Origin: Candidatus Multivoradales bacterium
GTDB taxonomy: Bacteria > Acidobacteriota > Thermoanaerobaculia > Multivoradales > JAHEKO01
DNA: 64,000 nucleotides
Direction of reading: 5' to 3'
Assembly: GCA_965223855.1 (NCBI GenBank)
Contig: CBDCXM010000009.1
Coordinates: forward strand, 1,888,001 to 1,952,000
A program made the translations under genes and the position numbers. The notes beneath the pieces were generated by a model that worked only from the letters and a program-made list of their open reading frames with translations, ran no database searches and was not told the origin of the DNA. Shown here in pieces: positions 27,401-37,246 of the stretch. How positions within the stretch are numbered: position 1 is the first letter of the stretch; each line of letters starts with the position of its first letter.

Positions 27401-28471
27401 ATGGCCGGAGGTGAGACTCCGGACCTTCTGGCGACGATCGAAGCGGATCGCGACCTGTTCGACCAGGAGGTCGAAGAGGCGACGGCTGCGCTCGACGGCG
27501 ACGCTGCCGAGGCCGCTGCCGGCCGCGAGGCGCTGCGCCTTCGCTGGATGGGGCGGAAGAACGGCCGGGTACGGCAGCACCTGAAATCCCTCGGCGCTGC
27601 GGCTCCGGAAGAGCGAGCTGCCCTCGGCAAGGCGATCAATGACCTCAAGACGGAGGTCGACCGCAAGCTCTTCCTCCTGGAGGAGCTTGCGAGTTCCGGC
27701 TCCGGCGGGGCAGAAGCCGGCCTCGACGTCACGCTACCCGGTCGGCGCCCACAGCTCGGCTCGCTCCACCCGGTCTCGATCGTCACCCAGGAGATCGTCG
27801 AGATTTTCGCCTCGATGGGCTACTCGGTCGCCGAGGGGCCGGAGGTGGAAGAGGACTACTACAACTTCGAGGCGCTCAACTTTCCGCCGGATCACCCGGC
27901 GCGCGACACCCAGGACACCTTCTTCGTCGAGGGTGGGAAGCTGCTGCGCACCCACACCTCGCCGGTGCAGATCCGCACGTTGCTCGAGCGCGGCTCGCCG
28001 CCGATCCGGGTGATCTGCCCGGGGCGGGTGTTCCGCAACGACAACGACCTGCGGCACTCGCCGATGTTCCACCAGGTCGAGTGCCTGGTGGTCGATCGGG
28101 GCATCACCTTCGGGCACCTCAAGGGGACGCTCGAGGCGTTCGTCCAGAAGCTCTTCCGGCCCGACACCGGGGTGCGCCTGCGCCCGAGCTACTTCCCGTT
28201 CACCGAGCCGTCGGCGGAAGTCGACATCACCTGTCCCTTCTGCCAGGGGGGCGGCTGCCAGACCTGCTCGAACTCGGGCTGGATGGAGATCCTCGGTTCC
28301 GGGATGGTCGATCCCCGAGTGCTGGTGGAGTGCGGGGTCGATCCTCGCGAGTACAGCGGCTTCGCCTTCGGCCTCGGTCTCGACCGGGTGGCGATGATCC
28401 GCTTCGGTATCCCGAACATCCGGACGCTCTTCGACAACGACGAGCGGCTGTTGCGGCAGGTGAGGGGGTAG
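27401..28471 (+). CDS. pheS: Phenylalanine--tRNA ligase alpha subunit
   Basis: HPARDTQDTF, LLRTHTSPVQIR, RPSYFPFTEPS, CPFC..GC..C insert, GFAFGLGLDR. Confidence 0.98.
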   Translation: MAGGETPDLLATIEADRDLFDQEVEEATAALDGDAAEAAAGREALRLRWMGRKNGRVRQHLKSLGAAAPEERAALGKAINDLKTEVDRKLFLLEELASSGSGGAEAGLDVTLPGRRPQLGSLHPVSIVTQEIVEIFASMGYSVAEGPEVEEDYYNFEALNFPPDHPARDTQDTFFVEGGKLLRTHTSPVQIRTLLERGSPPIRVICPGRVFRNDNDLRHSPMFHQVECLVVDRGITFGHLKGTLEAFVQKLFRPDTGVRLRPSYFPFTEPSAEVDITCPFCQGGGCQTCSNSGWMEILGSGMVDPRVLVECGVDPREYSGFAFGLGLDRVAMIRFGIPNIRTLFDNDERLLRQVRG

Positions 28472-28474
28472 GCG

Positions 28475-30537
28475 ATGGATCTGTCGCGTAACTGGATCGG
28501 CCGCTACGTCGAGCTGCCTTCGCTCGACGAGCTGTGCGACGCGCTCACCACCGTCGGCCTGGCGGTCGAGGGGCGCGAGGAGCGGGGTGACGACGTGCTG
28601 CTCGACGTCGACGTGACGACGAACCGGCCGGACTGCATGTGCCATCTCGGTCTCGCGCGCGAAGTGGCGGTGCACCGGGATCTTGCGCTCCAGGTGCCGG
28701 AGGTCGAACTGCACGGAGACCGACGAACAGGCCGCCGACGTGGTGCGGGTGTCGATCGAGGACGGCGAAGGGTGCCGCCGCTTCGTCGCCCGGGTGGTGC
28801 GGGGTGAAGGTCGGGCCGAGCCCGGACTGGCTGCGTGAGGCGCTCGAGTCGATCGGCCAGCGGTCGATCAACAACGTCGTCGACGTCACCAACTTCGTCC
28901 TCTGGGAGAGCGGTCAACCGGTGCACGCGTTCGATCTCGGCAAGCTCGGTGGTGGCGAAATCCGTGTACGTCGGGCGGGAGCCGGAGAGACCCTGACCAC
29001 CCTCGACGGCGAGGAGCGCGAGCTCGACGGCGACCTCGTGGTCGTTGCCGACGCCGAACGCCCCGTGGCGCTCGCAGGCATCATGGGTGGTCTCGACAGC
29101 GAGGTGACGGAGGGGACGGCCGACGTCCTGATCGAGTGCGCCCACTTCGACCCGACCCTGATCGGCAAGGGAGCGCGCAAGCTCGGCATGCACACCGACG
29201 CGAGCCACAGGTTCGAGCGTGGTGCCGACCCGGAGGCGCCGGTGTGGGCCAGCGCCCGCGTCGCCCAGCTGGTTCTCGAAGTCGCAGGCGGAGAGGTTTG
29301 CGCCGGCGCGGTCGACGTCCGCTCCGAGCAGTATCCGCCGGTGCTTGCCGGGCGGCTCGACTTCGACCGACTGCAGGCGTTCTGCGGGCTCGAGCTCGAG
29401 CGTTCGGAGGTGGTGCGGATCCTGACCGGCCTCGGTTTCGGGCTCGACGATCTCGACTCGGAAGGTGGAGACGGCTGGCACGTATCGGTCCCCTCCTGGC
29501 GCTATCACGACATGCGCTACACCTCCGCCGACGGCTCGGTCTACGAGGCCGATCTCTTCGAAGAGGTGCTTCGTCAGGTCAGTTTCGATCGGGTTCCTTC
29601 GGCCCTGCCGCCGTTCGACCTTCCCGACCCGGGCAGCAGCGAGGCGCACCACCGGCGGCAGACGATCCGCCGTCAGCTCGCCGCCAGCGGCCTGGCGGAG
29701 ACGATCAGCTACGCCTTCCACGCCGGCGCCGCCGACGGCAGCTACGGCATCTGGTCGAGGGCGAGCCGGTGCGGCTGGCGAATCCGCTCTCCGAGCTCTA
29801 CGACGTCATGCGGCGCTCGCTTGATGGTGGGGCTGGCGGATCGGGCGCGGTACAACCTTCATCGCCAGGCCGACGCCGTGCGGCTCTTCGAGTGCGGGGT
29901 GGTCTTCCCCGGCCCCGACCTTCCCGAGGTCGAAGTGGTCGGTGTCGTGATGGGCGGCGCGCCCGGCTTCGAGTGGCAGTATCCGCGGACCGAACCGCGG
30001 GTTTTCGACCTCTACGATCTCAAGGGGTGTTTCGAGTCGCTCGCGGAGCGTTTCGGCACACGGTTGGAGGTGGAGCCGGCGGCGCTCCCCGGTGTGATCG
30101 ACGGCACCGGTGGAAGGCTGTCGACCCCCGGAGGAGCCGTGTGCGGCTGGATCGGCCACCTCGATCTCGGCGATGCGCCCTTCCCCGTCTTCGGCGGTGA
30201 ACTCGAAGTCGCGCCGCTCGCCGCGGGCGACCGTTTCGTCGCCGTCGAGACGCCCTCGCGGTTCCCGGCCGTGACGATGGACCTCACCCTCACGCACTCC
30301 GGGAGCACGCCATGGAGTGACTTGCGGGCCGCGGTCGAGCATGCCGGGCAGGAGGACCTCGTCGACTGCCTGTTGAAGGACCGCTACGAGGGCAAGGGTG
30401 TCCCGGAAGGCGCCGTCAACACCACGATCCACTTCGTCTACAATTCAGTCGATCGCTCGCTGACCCAGGAGGAGGTCAACGAGCGGCACCAGCGGCTCTC
30501 GAAGGCCCTCGAAGAGAGGTTCGGCTGGAGCGGCTGA
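28475..30537 (+). CDS. pheT: Phenylalanine--tRNA ligase beta subunit, short form lacking the B2 OB-fold; four apparent frameshifts
   Basis: TNRPDCM.HLGLAREVA, INNVVDVTNFV, DASHRFERG, DLFEEV, NPLSELYDVMRRSL (in an alternate frame), anticodon-binding C-terminus; frame breaks near 28714, 28800, 29750 and 29822. Confidence 0.93.
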
Positions 30538-30572
30538 CCTACGACGCTCGCGCGAACAGGTGGGAGGCAACG

Positions 30573-30842
30573 ATGGCGGCGAACCCCAAGTGGCTCAAGG
30601 ATCTCGACTCGAACGTCGCGGCAGCCGTCAAGGAGCTCGCCAACCTCCGGCGGCAGAACAAGAGCCTCAAGACGCAGCTCGACAAGGCCAAGGCGGCGAC
30701 CTCGGCGGCCGAGAAGAAGGCCAAGGCAGCCGCTGCAACCGCTGCAGAGCCCGACCCGCAGATCGAGGCGTGGAAGACCGAGCGCAAGGAAGTGCGGCGC
30801 AGAGTCGTGCGGCTGGCGAAGAAGCTCGAAGAGCTGGCCTGA
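30573..30842 (+). CDS. Small coiled-coil protein, ZapB-like
   Basis: 89 aa heptad-rich protein ending ERKEVRRRVVRL; RBS GGAGG; sits after pheT where zapB-like genes commonly precede zapA. Confidence 0.6.
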   Translation: MAANPKWLKDLDSNVAAAVKELANLRRQNKSLKTQLDKAKAATSAAEKKAKAAAATAAEPDPQIEAWKTERKEVRRRVVRLAKKLEELA

Positions 30843-31029
30843 CGGCCCTCCGCTGAATCCGGCGCGCTGAGATCGGACGCCGAGGCCAGGCGGCTGACTC
30901 GTTCGCCCGAGGCCGGTCCGCGCATGCCGGGAGGCTGCGTGAGCTCCCTGGTGGAGCAGGGCCTACCCGAAGCCGTTCGGAACTTCCGTTCTCCTGACTG
31001 CGTAGATTGCCTCAGAGGAGGAACGTCCG

Positions 31030-31989
31030 ATGCCTGAATCACGCCTGTCCCGACTTCGCCCGGCCGCCCGGCTGATCGTCCTGTCCGCCTTGCTGCCGGT
31101 CGTCCCGGCGACGGCCGCCGTCGCCGGTACCGTCGACCGCGAGTACTCCGAGTCGTTCGACGTCTCCCCGGGAGCGACCCTGCGGCTCTTCCACGACGAC
31201 GGCGACGCGACGATCACGCCATGGTCCGAGGATCGGCTCGAGGTCGTCGTCCGCTACCACGTCGTATCGCGCGGCATCGGAGGGCCGCGCGACTTCGAGG
31301 TCGACTTCGACCGCTCGGGCGACACGATCACCGTGGAGGGGCGGGAGATCGGTAGCAACCTGTCGTTCGGCAGCTCCCGGACCCACGAGTACACGTACGC
31401 GGTGAAGGCGCCGTCGTACGTCACCCTCGAGCTCTCGGGCGACGACGGGGACGTCGCCGTCCGTGGCTGGGAGGCTCCGATCGACATCGACATCGAGGAC
31501 GGCGACGTCAGGATCGACGGCCTCGACGGCGACCTATCGGTGAAGAGCGACGACGGCGATCTCGAGCTGTCGGACATCCGCGCCGGCAGCGCGACGGTGA
31601 TGCTGCAGGACGGCGACGTATTCCTGCGCGGAGGCTCCGGAGAATGGAGGCTCACCCTCGATGATGGCGATTTCGACGCCACCGGGCTGGAGGCGACCGC
31701 GCTCGACATCGAGACGTCCGACGGCGACGTGGACATCGAACTCGCTCCGACCGCGAGACTCGAGGCCAGCGTTCGCACCAGCGACGGCGATGTGACGATC
31801 GTCCTTCCGCCGTCAGCGGCACTCGAGTTCGAGATCGAAGTCGACGACGGCCGGGTCTCGCTGCCGGACTCGGGGGCGATCGTCGGCAGTCGCAGCGGGG
31901 ACCGCACTCTCGGGCGAGTTGGCGACGGCAGCGGCGGCCGGCTCGACATCCGCACCCGCGACGGGAACGTCACACTGCGGGATCAGTAG
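31030..31989 (+). CDS. DUF4097-family beta-strand repeat exported protein
   Basis: Signal peptide; repeated (T/S/D)DGDV motifs. Confidence 0.8.
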   Translation: MPESRLSRLRPAARLIVLSALLPVVPATAAVAGTVDREYSESFDVSPGATLRLFHDDGDATITPWSEDRLEVVVRYHVVSRGIGGPRDFEVDFDRSGDTITVEGREIGSNLSFGSSRTHEYTYAVKAPSYVTLELSGDDGDVAVRGWEAPIDIDIEDGDVRIDGLDGDLSVKSDDGDLELSDIRAGSATVMLQDGDVFLRGGSGEWRLTLDDGDFDATGLEATALDIETSDGDVDIELAPTARLEASVRTSDGDVTIVLPPSAALEFEIEVDDGRVSLPDSGAIVGSRSGDRTLGRVGDGSGGRLDIRTRDGNVTLRDQ

Positions 31990-32048
31990 TCGGCTGCACT
32001 GTAGCCGGTGCCACAGACCGGCGGCCGCTGTCGGCTTAGCGTCAGGAG

Positions 32049-35030
32049 GTGATTACAGGAGAGGTGATTCCAGGCAGGTATGCGTGGTTCGCCCTGGCCG
32101 TCGCGTGCGCGGGGGCGCTGACGCCCGCGGCGCTCGCGGCCGGCGCCGTCGATTTCGACATCGTCTACGTCCGGCAGCCGCGCTTCGGCGATCTCGTGAA
32201 CACGACCTGGCCGGAGATCTTCCATCCGGCGCGCGCCGACCCGGGCGCCGACCTGATGCTGCTCCACCCCGACGGCAGCGAGGAGGTGCTGGTCGATTGC
32301 ACGGTCTGCTCGGTGACCGACCCGTTTGTCTCCTTCGACGGAGAGGCGGTCTACTACGCGCTCTTCCATGACCTCACCCAGGTCAACGGACAGCGAAACG
32401 ACCTGCCGCTCCTCGGGGCCGATCTCTTCCGCATCGATCTCGAGACACGGGTGATCACCCAGCTGACCTTCGGGGAGTTCACCCCCAACACCGGCGCCGG
32501 CAACTGGGACGAGTCGAACCCGCTCGACCCCGATCCACAGTTCAATCGCCTCGGCTACGGCGTCCTCAACCTCGGGCCGGTGCCGGTGGCCGGCGGGCGG
32601 ATCGCGTTCACCTCGAACCGCAACGGCTTCACTCCGCCGAAGACGTTCACCGCGCCGACGATGCAGCTCTACGTGATGGACGAGGACGGCTCGAACGTCG
32701 AGGCGATCGCGCCGATGTCGATCAACTCGGCTCTCCATCCGACGCCGCTCGTCGACGGTCGACTGATGTTCTCGAGCTACGAGAGTCAGGGTTTGCGGGA
32801 TCGGCGCCTCTGGGGCATCTGGACGATCCAGCCCGACGGTCGGAACTGGGCGCCGATGGTGAGCGCCTTCCGCTCGCCCCAGGCCTTCCACTTCATGACC
32901 CAACTCTCGGGCGGCGACATCGTCGTCGTCGACTACTACAACCTCAACAACAACGGGTTCGGAGCGCTCCTGCGCTTTCCGGTCGATCCACCGCCGGGTG
33001 AGCCGCCGTTTCACAGCGCCTTCCCCGACGAGAACCCGGCGATCAACCAGACGGTCGGCGGGGGATTCCTCTACCCCTACCGGATGTCGTTCACTCCCAA
33101 AGGGGCCTACTCGATCTCGCCGTTCACGCACGGCAACGACGAGGCGGCTCCGGAGGGGAGCGGTGGGGTCAGGGTGGGGAAGTTCACCCACCCGTCGGCC
33201 GCACCGGCGAACGACCTGCTGGTGGTGTGGACTCCCGGCCCGGCGAACGATCTCAACCGGCCGACACCGCTGCCGTACTACGACGGCGGCCTCTACCTGC
33301 TGCCGGGAGGGGACGAGATCTGGGATCCGGCGGCGCTCGTGGAACTCAGGAACGACCCTGCCTACAACGAGGCGTGGCCGCGGGCGGTCCTCTCCTATGC
33401 GGACCTCTACGGAGTCGCCGAGCCCGCCGAGCTGCCGTGGCTTCCGAACGACGGCTCGCTCCATGCCGAGCTGCCGCCAGGTACCCCGTACGGCCTCGTC
33501 GGCTCGAGTTCGCTCTACCACCGCGAGAGCTTCCCGGGTCACGTCAAACCGTGGGCCGACACCTTCGACGGGCTCGACGCCTTCAACACCTCCGAGAACG
33601 GCCAGTCGAGCAACTGGAGCTTCCAGGGCGCGGACGCCGGCAGCTACGACGACAGCGAGATCTGGGCGCTCAGGATCGTCGCTCTCGAGCCCAATACTCA
33701 CCGCAGCTACGGGCCCAACGACGGGCGGCACTTTCACAACCATGCCAACGAGCGTCATCGGATCCTTGGCGAGATCCCGGTGCGAAAGTTCGACGGTGAC
33801 GGCGATCCTGTGCTCGACCCGCACGGCAACCCCGACACGAGCTTCCTGGCGAAGATCCCGGCGGATACGCCCTTCACCTTCCAGACCCTCGACCGCAAGG
33901 GGAGGATGCTCAACATGGCGCAGACGTGGCACCAGGTCCGGCCGGGGGAGATGAGGGTCAACTGCGGCGGCTGCCACGCTCACAGCCGACAGCCGCTCGC
34001 TTTCGAGAGCACGGCGGCCGGCCAGGCGGGCTATCCGGTCTGGGATCTGACGGAGGAGACTCCGCTGGTCACCGCCGACGGTGCCGGCGACCCCGATCTG
34101 CTGGTGGTGCCGGCTTCGCTGGTCGACGTCGAGTTCCACCGCGACATCCGTCCGATCCTCCAGAGCCGCTGCGTGAGCTGCCACACGCAGACCGACGCCA
34201 CGCCGCCCGCCGATCTGGTGCTCGACGACCTCGCCTTCTACGACGGACTGCCGGGCGATTACAAGCGCCTTGCCGACGACAGCGACGCCGACTTCGGCCT
34301 GCCACCTGTGATCTCGAACGGCACCTGGCGTCAGACCAACGCCAGCCGGTACGTGCGCAAGTTCCAGAGCCGTCGCAGCCTGCTGGTGTGGAAGATCCTC
34401 GGCGAGCGTAGCGACGGCTGGACCAACGCCGACCATCCGACCGAGTCGATCCCGGGAGACCCGTCCACCCTGCCGCCTGGAGCGGAGGCGAACGAGGCCG
34501 ACCTGGACTTCGTCGGCTCTGCGATGCCGCCGCCCGGCCATCCGCAGCTGACCGAGGAGGAGAAGCGGGCGTTCGTCCGCTGGATCGACCTCGGTGCGCC
34601 GATCGACACGGCGGAGGGCTCGGCCGACGACGCCTTCGGCTGGTTCCTCGACGACCTCCGCCCGACCCTGACGATCCACGAGCCGGCGGCGGGGGTCATC
34701 CATGACGCGGGTCTCTTCCGGATCGGAATGGCGGACGCCAACAGCGGCCTCGACCTCGCGAGCTTCTCGCTGCGCGCCGACTTCACGGTCGAGGGCAGAT
34801 CGCCGGGGAGCGAGCTTGCGGATCTGGCGGTGCTCGAGGACACCGGGGTGTGGGTCGTGCCGTTGTCGCAGCCGCTGCCCGGGCTCGCCGAGGCGCATCT
34901 CTTCGCCGAGGTCCGGGACCTCCAAGGCAACGTCGTCAGGGTCGATCGCAGGTTCGCCACTACCGAGACGGTGTTCGCCGACGGCTTCGAGTCGGGCGAC
35001 ACCTCGGCGTGGTCGGTGACCCGGCCCTGA
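32049..35030 (+). CDS. Large exported c-type heme protein with a hydrazine synthase alpha middle-domain-like region
   Basis: Signal peptide, propeller-like N-terminus (DPFVSFDG, IAFTSNRNG), SFLAKIPADTPFTFQTLD...WHQVRPGE..NCGGCH, second CVSCH, C-terminal VFADGFESGDTSAWS. Confidence 0.75.
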   Translation: MITGEVIPGRYAWFALAVACAGALTPAALAAGAVDFDIVYVRQPRFGDLVNTTWPEIFHPARADPGADLMLLHPDGSEEVLVDCTVCSVTDPFVSFDGEAVYYALFHDLTQVNGQRNDLPLLGADLFRIDLETRVITQLTFGEFTPNTGAGNWDESNPLDPDPQFNRLGYGVLNLGPVPVAGGRIAFTSNRNGFTPPKTFTAPTMQLYVMDEDGSNVEAIAPMSINSALHPTPLVDGRLMFSSYESQGLRDRRLWGIWTIQPDGRNWAPMVSAFRSPQAFHFMTQLSGGDIVVVDYYNLNNNGFGALLRFPVDPPPGEPPFHSAFPDENPAINQTVGGGFLYPYRMSFTPKGAYSISPFTHGNDEAAPEGSGGVRVGKFTHPSAAPANDLLVVWTPGPANDLNRPTPLPYYDGGLYLLPGGDEIWDPAALVELRNDPAYNEAWPRAVLSYADLYGVAEPAELPWLPNDGSLHAELPPGTPYGLVGSSSLYHRESFPGHVKPWADTFDGLDAFNTSENGQSSNWSFQGADAGSYDDSEIWALRIVALEPNTHRSYGPNDGRHFHNHANERHRILGEIPVRKFDGDGDPVLDPHGNPDTSFLAKIPADTPFTFQTLDRKGRMLNMAQTWHQVRPGEMRVNCGGCHAHSRQPLAFESTAAGQAGYPVWDLTEETPLVTADGAGDPDLLVVPASLVDVEFHRDIRPILQSRCVSCHTQTDATPPADLVLDDLAFYDGLPGDYKRLADDSDADFGLPPVISNGTWRQTNASRYVRKFQSRRSLLVWKILGERSDGWTNADHPTESIPGDPSTLPPGAEANEADLDFVGSAMPPPGHPQLTEEEKRAFVRWIDLGAPIDTAEGSADDAFGWFLDDLRPTLTIHEPAAGVIHDAGLFRIGMADANSGLDLASFSLRADFTVEGRSPGSELADLAVLEDTGVWVVPLSQPLPGLAEAHLFAEVRDLQGNVVRVDRRFATTETVFADGFESGDTSAWSVTRP

Positions 35031-35050
35031 CGTCCCACGGCGCCCGCCCT

Positions 35051-35330
35051 CTAGGGGCTTGCTGAAGAACCCTCGTGGGTCGCGCGCCAAGGGTTTGTGG
35101 TGCAGATCCAAGGCGCGAGGAGGAGGCGATGCCGTAGCATCGTCGACGACGAGCAACGCCGGAGATGTGCCGCAACCCCTTGGCGCCCTTCGGGTTGCGG
35201 CGGTGTGGAGGCTCCAGCTGCGTTGCTGCGGCTCAACGATGCCACCGCATCGCCTGCGCCGCAGACGCCTCGCTGGAGCCACCACAGCGTCCGCAACGCG
35301 ACCCACGAGGGTTCTTCAGCAAGCCCCTAG
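35051..35330. mobile_element. MITE-like element C (280 bp) bounded by CTAG
   Basis: Perfect 34-bp terminal inverted repeat CTAGGGGCTTGCTGAAGAACCCTCGTGGGTCGCG; two internal long hairpin arms; no transposase. Confidence 0.85.
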
Positions 35331-35353
35331 GTGCGCGGGCTATGCTCGCGGAC

Positions 35354-36245
35354 ATGAAGGCGCTCAGGACACCGGACGATCGTTTCGAGGGGCTCTCCGA
35401 CTACGACTTCGAGCCTCACTACCTGGAGCTCGGAGACGGCCTGCGGATGCACTATCTGGACGAGGGGCCGCGCGACGCGCGCCCGATCGTCATGCTCCAC
35501 GGCGAACCGTCGTGGTCGTACCTCTACCGCTTCATGGTTCCGCCCTGCGCCGAACGCTACCGGGTGCTCGCACCCGACCTCGTCGGCTTCGGCCGCTCCG
35601 ACAAGCCGTCGCGGATCGACGACTACAGCTATCAGTCTCACATCGACTGGCTTCGTGAGTGGTTCGAGGCGCTCGAACTTCGCGAGGTCACTCTGGTCTG
35701 CCAGGACTGGGGCTCTCTCCTCGGTCTGCGGCTCGCCGCCGAGAACGAGGCCTGGTTCTCACGCATCACCGTCGGCAACGGCTTCCTTTCGACCGGCGAG
35801 CGGAAGATGCCGGGTGTCTTCCAGTGGTGGAAGCGCTTCGCCCGCTGGTCGCCGTGGTTCCCGATCGCGCGCATCGTCGATGCGGGCACCCGTCGCAAGC
35901 TGAGCGCCGCCGAGAGGGCGGCCTACGACGCGCCGTTCCCGTCGTCGGCCTACAAGGCGGGTACGCGAGCCTTTCCGCGCCTGGTACCGGCAAGCCCCGA
36001 CGACCCCGCCGCGCCCGCCTGCCGCGCGGCATGGGAGCGGCTCGGGCGGTGGGAGAAGCCCTTCCTCACCTTCTTCGGCGCCGGCGACCCGATCCTCGGC
36101 CGCGCCGACCGGCCGCTTCAGGAGCACATCCCCGGCTGCCAGGGGCAGCCCCACCAGAGGGTTCGCGCCGGCCACTTCCTGCAGGAGGACGTCGGCGCCG
36201 AATGGGCGCAGGCGATCCTCGACTGGCTCCGCCTGAACGAGGTAG
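35354..36245 (+). CDS. Haloalkane dehalogenase (alpha/beta hydrolase); end approximate because no in-frame stop follows the domain
   Basis: [35 protein letters not shown] nucleophile, AYDAPFP, GHFLQED. Confidence 0.88.
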
Positions 36246-36250
36246 CCGGG

Positions 36251-37246
36251 CTAGAACTCGAGCAGCAGCCCGGCCCAGTGGAAGCCGGCGCCGAACGAGA
36301 CGAGGAGCACCAGGTCGCCGGCGGAGATCCGCCTCTCGTCGCGCGCCTGGGTGAGGGCGAGCGGCACCGAAGCGGAACCGGTGTTGCCGAAGCTCGCGAC
36401 GTTCGAGAAGAGCTGCCCGGGAGCGAGTTCCAGGCGCCTGGCCACCGCGTCGAGGATGCGCTGATTGGCCTGGTGGGGCACGACCAGCGCGACCTCCTCG
36501 AGAGTCCGATCCGCCTCCCGCAGGAGGTCGACGGCGACGTCGCTCATCCGCTTCACCGCCTCCTTGAAGACCTCGCGACCGTTCATGACCAGCCGGCGGT
36601 GAAGGCCGGCGGTCGCGACCTCGACGGAGAACGGCAGCCGCGTACCGCCCGCTTCGAGACCGAGGATGTCGGCCCTGCTGCCGTCGGTCCCCGCCGCCGC
36701 TGCGAGCATGCGGACAGGGTCGTCACCCGGGCCGACGACGGCGGCCCCTGCCGCGTCGCCGAACAGCACGCAGGTGTTGCGGTCCTCCCAGTCCATCAGA
36801 CGGGTGATGAGCTCGACGGCCACGACGAGAACGTTGCCTCCCCGTTGCGCGGCGCGGCCGCGGGCGATGTCGAGGGCGAGCACGAACCCGGCGCAGCCGC
36901 TGCCGGCGAGGTCGAACGCCGGGATCTCACGGGCGCCGAGGCGATGCTGGAGGAACGCCGCCGTGTCCGGCGAGTAGGTCTCCGGCGTGTCGGTGGCGAC
37001 GATGATCTCGTCGACCTCGCCGATGCCGATCCCGGCATCGTCGAGCGCCGCACGGGCCGCCGCCTCGGCGAAGTCGACGGTCGTCTCGTCCTCGGCGGCG
37101 AAGCGGCGCTCGCGGATCCCCGTGCGGGCGCGGATCCACTCGTCGGTGGTGTCGATCCGGGCCTCCCAGTCGGCATTGGTCATCACCCGCTCGGGCACAT
37201 AGGCGCCCAGGCCGAGGAGGCCGATCGATCGTTCAGGAGGGCTCAT
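36251..37246 (-). CDS. fabH: 3-oxoacyl-ACP synthase III
   Basis: [18 protein letters not shown] catalytic Cys, [33 protein letters not shown]. Confidence 0.93.
   Translation of the reverse strand: MSPPERSIGLLGLGAYVPERVMTNADWEARIDTTDEWIRARTGIRERRFAAEDETTVDFAEAAARAALDDAGIGIGEVDEIIVATDTPETYSPDTAAFLQHRLGAREIPAFDLAGSGCAGFVLALDIARGRAAQRGGNVLVVAVELITRLMDWEDRNTCVLFGDAAGAAVVGPGDDPVRMLAAAAGTDGSRADILGLEAGGTRLPFSVEVATAGLHRRLVMNGREVFKEAVKRMSDVAVDLLREADRTLEEVALVVPHQANQRILDAVARRLELAPGQLFSNVASFGNTGSASVPLALTQARDERRISAGDLVLLVSFGAGFHWAGLLLEF

Noticed and set aside
28475-30537. pheT as a true pseudogene or programmed frameshift
   Set aside because: Essential gene, motifs intact, no slippery heptamer seen; other indels in the window point to sequencing error
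32049-35030. Anammox capability
   Set aside because: Only a domain-level resemblance to HzsA; no hzsB/C or hydrazine dehydrogenase in the window
31983-35306. 1107-aa minus-strand ORF and similar long antisense ORFs (23449-25011, 39503-41110, 57111-59327)
   Set aside because: Shadows of well-supported genes on the opposite strand
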